Below the pieces are notes generated by a model. It saw only the letters and a list, made by a program, of their open reading frames with translations, did not search any database and was not told where the DNA came from. The translations under genes and the position numbers were made by a program. Positions 1 to 6,922 of a stretch of 24,000 nucleotides of DNA are shown here, in pieces; within the stretch, counting starts at the first letter, position 1, and each line of letters begins with the position of its first letter. The DNA is from Halobacillus andaensis (GTDB lineage Bacteria; Bacillota; Bacilli; Bacillales; Halobacillaceae): contig NZ_BMEL01000004.1 of the NCBI RefSeq assembly GCF_014636475.1, forward strand, positions 496,451 to 520,450, given 5' to 3'.

Positions 1-338
1 ACCAGTTTCAAGAAACCTATCCTAGGTTCATAGAAATTGTCCAACTGTTAGGAGCGAGTGGAATGATTAACCTGCCCGATGAAAAACAGTTTGCCTCACC
101 TATAGGAGACGTTTTAGATCATTATTTACAGGGGTTTGAAATTAAAGGGAAAGAAAGAGTACAGCTTTTTCAACTGGCATTTGACCTCTGCATGAGCAGT
201 TTCGGGTCTCGACAAACGTTATATGAACGTTTTTTCTTCGGGGATCCTGTACGGCTTTCGCAAATGATTTATCAAACCTATGATATGGAGCCATCTATTT
301 CTTTTGTAAAAGAAATGCTAAATAAAAAGCTGACTTAA
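1..338 (+). CDS. 4-hydroxyphenylacetate 3-monooxygenase (HpaB/HpaH family), C-terminal part, truncated by window start
   Basis: The frame is open upstream of the listed ATG (QFQETYPRFIEIVQLLGASGMINLPDEKQF...), so the ORF-track start at 63 is internal. C-terminus ...FGSRQTLYERFFFGDPVRLSQMIY... is typical of this family. Confidence 0.8.
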   Translation, partial: QFQETYPRFIEIVQLLGASGMINLPDEKQFASPIGDVLDHYLQGFEIKGKERVQLFQLAFDLCMSSFGSRQTLYERFFFGDPVRLSQMIYQTYDMEPSISFVKEMLNKKLT

Positions 339-354
339 CAAAGTCAGCTTTTTT
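324..354. terminator. Bidirectional intrinsic terminator overlapping the stop codons of both convergent genes
   Basis: AAAAAGCTGACTT-aaca-AAGTCAGCTTTTT perfect inverted repeat with T-run. Confidence 0.85.
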
Positions 355-490
355 AAATTTTTTTATTGTGATGTTTTGCCTCTTGCTCTAACTGAGAATC
401 GGGCTGCTGGTTAGCCACATCTTCTGAAAGTCCTTGACGATTAACAGTTTTTGGATTTTTGCTTTTATTGGCGTTGCTTTTCTTACTCAT
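353..490 (-). CDS. Small acid-soluble spore protein, SspL-like (45 aa)
   Basis: Below the ORF-track cut-off. ATG at 490 preceded by AGGAGGTGCACGT. Translation MSKKSNANKSKNPKTVNRQGLSEDVANQQPDSQLEQEAKHHNKKI; small, Lys/Asn/Gln-rich, resembles SspL-type minor SASPs. Confidence 0.6.
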   Translation of the reverse strand: MSKKSNANKSKNPKTVNRQGLSEDVANQQPDSQLEQEAKHHNKKI

Positions 491-773
491 ACGTGCACCT
501 CCTGATCGTAGTATGGAGTTTTAGTAGTGTAAATTATGCAAACAAGTTCAGTACTTTTATATTACCATTCATTAGAAAGAGGTTTTCAATCGTTTAAAAA
601 ACTGAGAAAATTACTGGCGGCCTATGGCGATCGAGATCATTGAATCTGTATACTCAAATCCTTCAACTAGGGTCTCTCCTTATAAATCACAATGTACGTA
701 TTTTTTACCTTCTTGCCCATGTTTATTCAGCCGTAATTTGCAAATAAATAATATAAAGAGGAGGTTATATAAT

Positions 774-986
774 ATGGAAAAAGAAGAGAGAAAATCGATT
801 GGCGATCGTAAGTATGAAGCTTCTGACTATCAGCGCGATGATGAAATATCTAAAGGGTTGGCCACGACTCATGAACAAGTTTCAGACACTTTAACGGAAG
901 GCACTTATGACGCTAAGGTTGATCAATTGGACAAGGATGGTCACTTAGTAACTCATAAAGGAAAAGAAATAAATAAACGTAAATAA
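774..986 (+). CDS. YozQ-like / DUF4025 family small protein (70 aa)
   Basis: ATG at 774 behind AAAGAGGAGGT. MEKEERKSIGDRKYEASDYQRDDEISKGLATTHEQVSDTLTEGTYDAK..., with the family-like SxGLAxTHEQVSDTxxEG motif. The 624 start in the track has no RBS support. Confidence 0.6.
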   Translation: MEKEERKSIGDRKYEASDYQRDDEISKGLATTHEQVSDTLTEGTYDAKVDQLDKDGHLVTHKGKEINKRK

Positions 987-988
987 TA

Positions 989-1022
989 AAAACCCCGCTG
1001 CTTATTGAGCAACGGGGTTTCT
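989..1022. terminator. Bidirectional terminator between convergent genes
   Basis: AAAACCCCGctgcttattgagcaaCGGGGTTT with flanking A/T runs. Confidence 0.75.
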
Positions 1023-1406
1023 GTTTTCTTTGTAATGAGTAAGAAGCTGGTCTACATCTTTTAATTGTTCTGTATAATGAGTGAAATCCTCTTTAGCGTG
1101 AAGGTCTAATGAGCGATTGATCTTATACTCAATATAATTTTTTTGTAAGACTAAGTCGTCATATGTTGTTACATAGCCAGAGAGATAATATTCTTCTAAT
1201 TTGTCTGATGCCATATGGAACGTATTTGTGCTACTGGCCAAAGGAATGTACCAACCGACTGGATCTAAATAATGAGGCGATCCGTTTAACATAATCGTGT
1301 CGTATTTTTTAAATGTAAGTGTTTGTTTTAATTTAGAGTAGGCTGCATGTTGTATATGATCAAATGGTTGCGTAACGATAAGGGGCTGAGTCATAAAAAT
1401 TTTCAC
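1002..1406 (-). CDS. Hypothetical protein (134 aa), predicted iron/Fur-regulated
   Basis: Full ORF with RBS AGAGGTG upstream of ATG at 1406, and a sigmaA promoter containing a Fur box immediately upstream. Confidence 0.65.
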   Translation of the reverse strand: MKIFMTQPLIVTQPFDHIQHAAYSKLKQTLTFKKYDTIMLNGSPHYLDPVGWYIPLASSTNTFHMASDKLEEYYLSGYVTTYDDLVLQKNYIEYKINRSLDLHAKEDFTHYTEQLKDVDQLLTHYKENRNPVAQ

Positions 1407-1427
1407 CTCTTTAGCAGGATTTATCTC

Positions 1428-1457
1428 ATTTTAATTGATAATGATTATCAGTGTCAA
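1428..1457 (-). promoter_or_regulatory. sigmaA promoter with Fur box in the spacer
   Basis: Minus strand reads TTGACA (1457-1452), 17 nt spacer, TTAAAA/TAAAAT. The spacer contains TGATAATCATTATCA (1436-1450), the perfect 7-1-7 Bacillus Fur box. Confidence 0.8.
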
Positions 1458-1531
1458 GAGGTTTGAGAACGAGTCGGTTTATAGAAATGTACTAAACTAT
1501 GCATAAGCAGCGGTAGAAGGGAGACATTCTA

Positions 1532-1630
1532 TTGACAAAACCTGAAGTTTTAATTGTAGAGGATGAAGAAAGAATTGCGCGGGTTTTACAGCTTCACGTT
1601 AAATTTCTTCTCGTCGTTTTTCCCTTCTGA
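1532..1630 (+). pseudogene. Response regulator receiver-domain N-terminal fragment
   Basis: LTKPEVLIVEDEERIARVLQLHV then non-homologous KFLLVVFPF*. Only the first ~24 residues of a receiver domain remain. Confidence 0.6.
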
Positions 1631-1917
1631 AGTGATGGAAGTGAATGCACCGTTTTGTACCTTTAATAGCAACATCTTTGATCTCTTCCTCACTTAATGA
1701 TTCTTCTTTATTTTCCTTAATGGAGGAAACCTGTTCTAAGTGGATGACAACGGCAGTCTGTCTATTGAAGGAGATAGGAAGTTCATAAATACGAATGGGG
1801 TCATAAAAGTCCTGCTAATAATAGTGATGATGGTTTATTATCCTCTCTTTGACGTAACTTTGAGGATAGTTTTCACCTCTTCTTCAAATGATAATGAAGA
1901 AGAAGGAGGAAGAATGA

Positions 1918-2070
1918 ATGACTAAAAGAAGAAAAGGTCCAAAACAAAAAGATCAACCCAATTTACCTCAGAGTCCTAAACAAGGTTATGGAGAGAAATT
2001 AGATGGATCACATCAAGTAAAGCAAGATAATCATAGCCGTCAAAATCAACATTCCTCACATGACTTATAG
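1918..2070 (+). CDS. sspP: Small acid-soluble spore protein P (SspP)
   Basis: RBS AAGGAGG. MTKRRKGPKQKDQPNLPQSPKQGYGEKLDGSHQVKQDNHSRQNQHSSHDL; the C-terminal LxGSxxVKxxNHxRQxxxSSHDx pattern matches Bacillus SspP. Confidence 0.8.
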   Translation: MTKRRKGPKQKDQPNLPQSPKQGYGEKLDGSHQVKQDNHSRQNQHSSHDL

Positions 2071-2076
2071 AAAGAC

Positions 2077-2107
2077 AAAACCGTCAGCGTCCCACGTTGG
2101 CGGTTTT
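2077..2107 (+). terminator. Intrinsic terminator of sspP
   Basis: AAAACCGtCAgCG-tcccA-CGtTGgCGGTTTT hairpin, G-U pairs allowed. Confidence 0.6.
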
Positions 2108-2118
2108 ATCTTTCTCAT

Positions 2119-2245
2119 CAACTTGAACGTGATGATGGTCATTACGAAATTGAGTTTGAAGACGGAGATATTGAATATGAAGTGAAAGTTCATGAAAAAA
2201 ATTGGAAAAACTATTGAATTTGAGAAAGACGAAGACGATGATTAA
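2119..2245 (+). pseudogene. C-terminal remnant of PepSY-domain protein with frameshift
   Basis: QLERDDGHYEIEFEDGDIEYEVKVHEK... ends early (NWKNY*). Skipping one base in the A7 run restores ...GKTIEFEKDEDDD*, a typical PepSY C-terminus. Confidence 0.65.
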
Positions 2246-2349
2246 AGAGGGCTGCCTCTGTGCAGTCTTTTTTTACTTTAAATATTAGTTAATGGTAGGA
2301 AAATTTTGATATAATAAAAATAAACACGAACTCTATAGAGGGGATGACC

Positions 2350-2955
2350 ATGAAAACAAAGAGCATTGCTGAACTGACTCAGGGTGTTTGGCTTGTGGAT
2401 CAAAAAGTGAAAGAATTTCCTGAAGAGTTTTCATTAATCGGGCAGGGCAGAAGTGCAGCAGTCTTTAAACTGGAGGGTGCACGCACATTAGCAGTGAAGG
2501 TGTTTTATCCAGCTTATAAAGAACTTGCACATAAAGAAGCGGATATATATTCTAAGCTAGAAAATCATGTGTATTACCCTGAGCTCATTGAAGTGGGGGA
2601 AGGGTACTTAGTTCTTGAGTACTTAAATGGAATTACTTTTTATGACTGTCTTGTGAACGGAGTGCCGATTACACCAAGTATGGTGGCGATGGTCGATGAG
2701 GCTTTAAATTATGCACGAGAGTGTGGATTGAATCCCTCTGATACTCATTTGAAAAATATTATTTTAACCAAAGATCATAAAATAAAAGTGATTGATGTTG
2801 TTCGATTTACCCAGTCCGAAGAATGCCCGCATTGGTCGGATTTGAAAAAAGCGTATTATAGTTATTATTTAAAGCGTTACTTTCCTAAACGCTTTGCTCC
2901 TTTATTTATTGAATTAATTATACGCCTATATCGAAAACGTTTGTTACCTATTTAA
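2350..2955 (+). CDS. Protein kinase-like (serine/threonine kinase / YrzF-type) family protein
   Basis: IGQGRSAAVFKLEGARTLAVKVF (glycine loop and Lys), SDTHLKNIIL catalytic-loop-like, IDVVRF metal-binding-like. RBS AGAGGGG favours ATG 2350 over 2344. Confidence 0.65.
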   Translation: MKTKSIAELTQGVWLVDQKVKEFPEEFSLIGQGRSAAVFKLEGARTLAVKVFYPAYKELAHKEADIYSKLENHVYYPELIEVGEGYLVLEYLNGITFYDCLVNGVPITPSMVAMVDEALNYARECGLNPSDTHLKNIILTKDHKIKVIDVVRFTQSEECPHWSDLKKAYYSYYLKRYFPKRFAPLFIELIIRLYRKRLLPI

Positions 2956-3022
2956 ACCTATTCCTACGTTTTACCATTTCTCATCCTGGGAATCGGTAAG
3001 AAAAGGAAAGGTGGGAAATCAG

Positions 3023-3262
3023 ATGTCACAATATCGTCTAAGTAATGTGGAAGTAGGGAAAAATTATACGGCGAAGGAACTCGATAGTTTTGTGAGTACA
3101 ACGGATGTCGTATTGCTCGCTAATAATGAATCTCAACTTTTTACAGACCCAGAACGTGAATATAAAGTAACCGATGTATTTGAAGGGTTCTTTGAGCACT
3201 CTTCTGACAATGGTGAGAAATACTTTCGTGAAAAGAAAGCATTCGTCGTTGAAAAAGTTTAA
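3023..3262 (+). CDS. Hypothetical small protein (79 aa)
   Basis: RBS AGGTGGG; ATG at 3023 (the track uses GTG 3011); followed by a terminator. Confidence 0.6.
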   Translation: MSQYRLSNVEVGKNYTAKELDSFVSTTDVVLLANNESQLFTDPEREYKVTDVFEGFFEHSSDNGEKYFREKKAFVVEKV

Positions 3263-3268
3263 TCTTTA

Positions 3269-3306
3269 AAAAAACTGTCGAGAAAGTTCTCGACAGTTTT
3301 TTTATC
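3269..3306 (+). terminator. Strong intrinsic terminator
   Basis: AAAACTGTCGAGAA-ag-TTCTCGACAGTTTTTTT. Confidence 0.9.
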
Positions 3307-3319
3307 TTTTTATCTCGGA

Positions 3320-3627
3320 CCCCTATAAAATGTAAGACGTGTACTCTTTAACCGCTGTGCACCCCAAAAAACAAAAGCATTAAAAAACAGTGACCCGCCA
3401 TGGGAAAGGGACAAAGAACAGGTTCGTTTGTACCAGCTTTCCATTGAAGGTAAGTGGATTTATCGAATTAGAAAAAAACGTTGTGCGTAGCTTCGGAGGT
3501 TCTAAAGAACTGCATGGCTGCATTATTGTCGTTTGCGCGGGAAAACGGGCGATCCGAGACCCCGGAGCGCGGGTTTTCGCCCGAACGTCCATTCAAAAAC
3601 TCCCGGAGATAACGGGAGTTTTTTTGT
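3320..3627 (+). other. GC-rich structured intergenic region ending in terminator; candidate ncRNA or decayed gene
   Basis: CGGGCGA(3546-3552)/TCGCCCG(3577-3583) perfect 7-bp stem, then ACTCCCG-gagata-ACGGGAGT-TTTTTT. Visibly higher GC than the surroundings; no ORF has both a good start and family resemblance. Confidence 0.3.
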
Positions 3628-3628
3628 T

Positions 3629-4387
3629 TTAATACCTTAATTTCATTAAAATCTCCTTAATCTCTTCGTCTTCCATCAAGGTCTTTTCATATTTTTTCGT
3701 GATTTCAGTTAAAGCTACATCGTGCTGGAAGAATTCAGTGAAAAATTTTACAAGCGGCTTGGACTTTGTCGTAATACCTTGCCAAAGCTCTTGTTCCACC
3801 CCTGCAAAAATGATTTCCTCCTCATCGATGATGACAAGCTGATATTGTTCTAATGCTTCATGACCTTCGTCTGGGTATAGAATATGAATATGTTTTAAAT
3901 CTGTATGGATGGAACCTACGGATAACATTTCTACCTTAATTCCATTTTTACTTTTAAGTTCCAGTATAGGAATAAGAGACTGTATATCTTCATTCCAGCC
4001 CGATAAAAAAATGGAACGAGTGGCTTGCTGGACTTTTTGATGTAACAGCGAGTGGATACTTTGTTTATTTTGTAGGGACCATACTTGTTCATCCGAAGGC
4101 GGAAGGGTGTATTTTCTTTCTTTTAATTCGTTAATGTGAGTTTCAAACTCTAAGGTCAATTTTTCGATCGTCGTATCTAAAGGAAGCGCATTATAGAATT
4201 TCTTTTTTTGCTGATGTGAAGTGAGAAGCAATCCTTTTTCTACGAGTCTGCTCAACACTTCATACACTTTAGACTTTGGAACGCCTGAATACTTTACAAT
4301 TGTAGTGGCATCCAATGGCTCTTGACTCCCTGTCAACGCCTCAAAAACCTGACTTTCATATTGGGTAAACCCAAATTTTTGCAACAT
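3629..4387 (-). CDS. TrmB-family transcriptional regulator
   Basis: N-terminal wHTH FGFTQYESQVFEALTGSQEPLDATTIVKYSGVPKSKVYEVLSRLVEKG, followed by an effector domain with PLD-like fold features. Confidence 0.85.
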   Translation of the reverse strand: MLQKFGFTQYESQVFEALTGSQEPLDATTIVKYSGVPKSKVYEVLSRLVEKGLLLTSHQQKKKFYNALPLDTTIEKLTLEFETHINELKERKYTLPPSDEQVWSLQNKQSIHSLLHQKVQQATRSIFLSGWNEDIQSLIPILELKSKNGIKVEMLSVGSIHTDLKHIHILYPDEGHEALEQYQLVIIDEEEIIFAGVEQELWQGITTKSKPLVKFFTEFFQHDVALTEITKKYEKTLMEDEEIKEILMKLRY

Positions 4388-4474
4388 GTTGTCTTCTTCC
4401 TTCCCTCAGCTGATAACTCTAGAATACAATGAGAATTTCCTAACGTAAAATGGTTGTTTTTCTTTTGTTATAAG

Positions 4475-4494
4475 GTTACCATTGTAGTGGTAAC
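4475..4494. promoter_or_regulatory. Palindromic operator candidate in divergent intergenic region
   Basis: GTTACCA-ttgtag-TGGTAAC, perfect 7-6-7 inverted repeat just upstream of the MFS gene RBS. Confidence 0.6.
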
Positions 4495-4516
4495 TTTTAA
4501 AAGGGAGAAAAGATAA

Positions 4517-5683
4517 ATGAATAAAAAAGTTTATATGTTAGCGATTGTTTCGTTTGTAGTAGGGACAGTCGAGTTAATCATTGGAGGAACACTTGATTTA
4601 ATAGCAGGGGATTTAAACGTTTCATTGGGGCAGGCAGGTCTTCTTATTACAATCTTCTCACTTGTGTTTGCGATAGCCTCACCTATTTTATTAACCGTGA
4701 CGGCTAAATACGAAAGAAAAAAATTGACGCTTGTATCTTTGTTTGTGTTTTTCTTAGGAAATTTATTAGCTTTTTGGAGTCCAACGTATTTCGTCATTTT
4801 ATTAGCAAGGATCATATCTGCAGCCAGTGGTTCGTTATTAGTTGTTTTGGGAATCACCATAGCGTCTTCAATTGTAAAAAAAGAGTTTCAAGCACGTGCT
4901 ATTGGAATCATTTACATGGGGATTAGCGGGTCACTAGTATTAGGAGTGCCGATCGGATTAACGTTAAGCAATGCTTTTGGATGGCGATCACCATTTTTGC
5001 TCGTTGCTATCTTAACTCTTGCTTCTATGGTAGTAGTAGCTTTCTCATTAGAAAAAATTGAGCCCAAACCAGCATTACCTATTAAAGAGCAGATTCGTAC
5101 ATTGAAAGACAGCAAAATATTTTCTGCCCAACTTACTTCCTTTCTATTCCTAACTGGCCATTTAACACTTTATGCGTATTTAACACCTTTTCTAAAAACG
5201 ATGTTAGGTTTAAATGGTACCTGGGTAAGTATTGTTTATTTTATATTTGGTGTAGCCGCAGTGCTAGGTGGTGGTATCGGAGGTCTTATATCTGATAGAT
5301 GGGGATCGGAACGCAGTATTATAGCCATAATTGGCTCTTTTGCTATTGCGATATTCCTTATCCCATTTGTAACATTTTCCTTTCCCCTATTCTTAATTAT
5401 TATGGTTGTTTGGAGTATGTTAAGTTGGGCGATAACTCCTGCTCAGCAAAGTTATCTGATCACATCAGCACCAGAAACGTCTGATATTCAACAAAGTCTA
5501 AATAATTCTGCACTTCATTTTGGTATTGCCATGGGATCTACAGTAGGGGCCGTCGTCATTGAACAAGCCTCTGTTATCCACAATGCTTCCGTAGGCGGAT
5601 TGTTTGTGTTAGTTGCGTTAATTACCGCCTTTTTCTCTATTACAAGAAACCGCACGATTACAGCATCAGAAAGCTCAGTTTAA
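4517..5683 (+). CDS. MFS transporter, DHA1 family, PbuE (purine efflux)-like
   Basis: 12-TM protein with extensive resemblance to PbuE/YdhL (VELIxGG..., AKYERKKLTL, RARAIGIIYMG, WSMLSWAITPAQQSYLI, SDIQQSLNNSALHFGIAMGS). Confidence 0.85.
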   Translation: MNKKVYMLAIVSFVVGTVELIIGGTLDLIAGDLNVSLGQAGLLITIFSLVFAIASPILLTVTAKYERKKLTLVSLFVFFLGNLLAFWSPTYFVILLARIISAASGSLLVVLGITIASSIVKKEFQARAIGIIYMGISGSLVLGVPIGLTLSNAFGWRSPFLLVAILTLASMVVVAFSLEKIEPKPALPIKEQIRTLKDSKIFSAQLTSFLFLTGHLTLYAYLTPFLKTMLGLNGTWVSIVYFIFGVAAVLGGGIGGLISDRWGSERSIIAIIGSFAIAIFLIPFVTFSFPLFLIIMVVWSMLSWAITPAQQSYLITSAPETSDIQQSLNNSALHFGIAMGSTVGAVVIEQASVIHNASVGGLFVLVALITAFFSITRNRTITASESSV

Positions 5684-5688
5684 GTTCA

Positions 5689-5731
5689 AGATCACACCTC
5701 TTTACCCAATTATTGGAAGGGTGTGGTCTTA
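5689..5731 (+). terminator. Intrinsic terminator-like hairpin downstream of MFS gene
   Basis: AAGATCACACC...GGGTGTGGTCTT. Confidence 0.5.
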
Positions 5732-5754
5732 TTCATTAAATTTTATGAAAGGGG

Positions 5755-5783
5755 TTGCAATTGTTAGAAAATTGGTTTAATGT
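5755..5783 (+). promoter_or_regulatory. Probable sigmaA promoter for lacI-type gene
   Basis: TTGCAA-17 nt-TAATGT. Confidence 0.45.
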
Positions 5784-5798
5784 TGTTTACAAGTTGAT

Positions 5799-5812
5799 CC
5801 GAAACGTTTTGG
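5799..5812. promoter_or_regulatory. LacI/CcpA-type operator (site 1), overlapping the SD of the regulator gene
   Basis: CCGAAACGTTTTGG immediately adjoining GGAGG. Confidence 0.75.
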
Positions 5813-5821
5813 AGGCGTGCT

Positions 5822-6835
5822 ATGACTACAATCAAACATATAGCCAAACAGGCTGGAGTATCAGTTACAACAGTCTCTCGCGCTTTAAATGGCTATTCAG
5901 ACGTGAATGCAAAAACACGTAAGAAGATAGAAGATGTAGCGAAAGAGTTAAATTACAGCCCGAACTCTCTAGCTAGAAGCTTAGTTAAAAATCAATCCGA
6001 AACGATCGGTTTGCTCGTATCTGGTTTTACGAAAGAAAGTGTGAAAGATGGATTTACAGTAGAAGTCATGTCAGGCATTAATAATTTTGTTGCTGAAACA
6101 AAATATGACTTAGTGTTATTTAACACAGATTCTTCGAAGCAGCGAAAGAAGACCTATACTCAGCTTTGTAAAGAGAGGCGGGTAGATGGGGTTATACTTC
6201 AAGGGATAAAAACCGACGACCCATATTTGGAAGAAGTAATGGAATCAGATATTCCATGTGTTTTTATTGATATTCCTGTAAGTTCTGACCATGTAGGTTA
6301 TGTATCGACGGATAACAAAGAAGGAGCAAGAGTGGCGGTTAATCATTTAATCGAACTCGGTCATCGTAAAATAGCCATGGTTAATGGACATGAACAAGCT
6401 TTTGTAAGTAAAGAAAGATTAGAGGGATATAAGCTAGCCCTACAACAAAATAACATTCAATTTATAGCTGAGTATGTAAAGAACGGTTCGTTCATAGAAG
6501 AAGAAGCCTATAAGCAAACGTTAGCTTTGCTAAAAGAACAACCAGATATCACAAGTATATTTTGTGCAAGTGATTTAATGGCTATAGGGTCCATAGAAGC
6601 TGCTAAAGAATTGAATTATAAGATTCCTGAAGATTTATCCATTATTGGCTATGATGATATTCCATTATCAAGCTACATTTCACCAGCCTTAACTACAGTT
6701 TCGCAAAATAAATACGATTTAGGCTATAATGCTGCTCGGATGCTTACGAATATGCTTAAGCATCACCAGCCGCCTGAAAGATGCATTTTAGAAACTGAAC
6801 TTAAAATCAGGCAATCAACATCTATTCGCTTATAA
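5822..6835 (+). CDS. LacI-family transcriptional regulator
   Basis: MTTIKHIAKQAGVSVTTVSRALNGYSDVNAKTRKKIEDVAKELNYSPNSLARSLV HTH followed by a periplasmic-binding-like domain. Confidence 0.95.
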   Translation: MTTIKHIAKQAGVSVTTVSRALNGYSDVNAKTRKKIEDVAKELNYSPNSLARSLVKNQSETIGLLVSGFTKESVKDGFTVEVMSGINNFVAETKYDLVLFNTDSSKQRKKTYTQLCKERRVDGVILQGIKTDDPYLEEVMESDIPCVFIDIPVSSDHVGYVSTDNKEGARVAVNHLIELGHRKIAMVNGHEQAFVSKERLEGYKLALQQNNIQFIAEYVKNGSFIEEEAYKQTLALLKEQPDITSIFCASDLMAIGSIEAAKELNYKIPEDLSIIGYDDIPLSSYISPALTTVSQNKYDLGYNAARMLTNMLKHHQPPERCILETELKIRQSTSIRL

Positions 6836-6850
6836 AATTTTTTTAACCAA

Positions 6851-6868
6851 ACCCGAAACGTTTCGGGT
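6851..6868. promoter_or_regulatory. LacI-type operator (site 2), perfect 18-bp palindrome
   Basis: ACCCGAAACGTTTCGGGT. Confidence 0.85.
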
Positions 6869-6885
6869 GAATTTTAAAATACTTT

Positions 6886-6899
6886 CCGAAACGTTTTGG
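6886..6899. promoter_or_regulatory. LacI-type operator (site 3)
   Basis: CCGAAACGTTTTGG; centre is 33 bp from site 2. Confidence 0.8.
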
Positions 6900-6922
6900 T
6901 TCATACATGGAGGAGGGGTTTT

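Noticed and set aside
624-773. N-terminal extension of the 120-aa ORF (MAIEIIESVYSNPSTR...)
   Set aside because: No ribosome-binding site for the 624 start; the strong SD AAAGAGGAGG precedes ATG 774, whose product fits a YozQ-like protein.
1740-1925. 61-aa plus-strand ORF
   Set aside because: Low-complexity tail runs through the sspP SD, no SD of its own and no family resemblance; lies in a decayed region.
3380-3632. Overlapping 70-aa (-) and 80-aa (+) ORFs
   Set aside because: Both lack convincing RBS/start context and run through the terminator and GC-rich hairpins; treated as a structured or decayed region.
4531-5115. Minus-strand ORFs (109 aa, 67 aa) opposite the MFS gene
   Set aside because: Shadow ORFs of a well-supported membrane protein gene.
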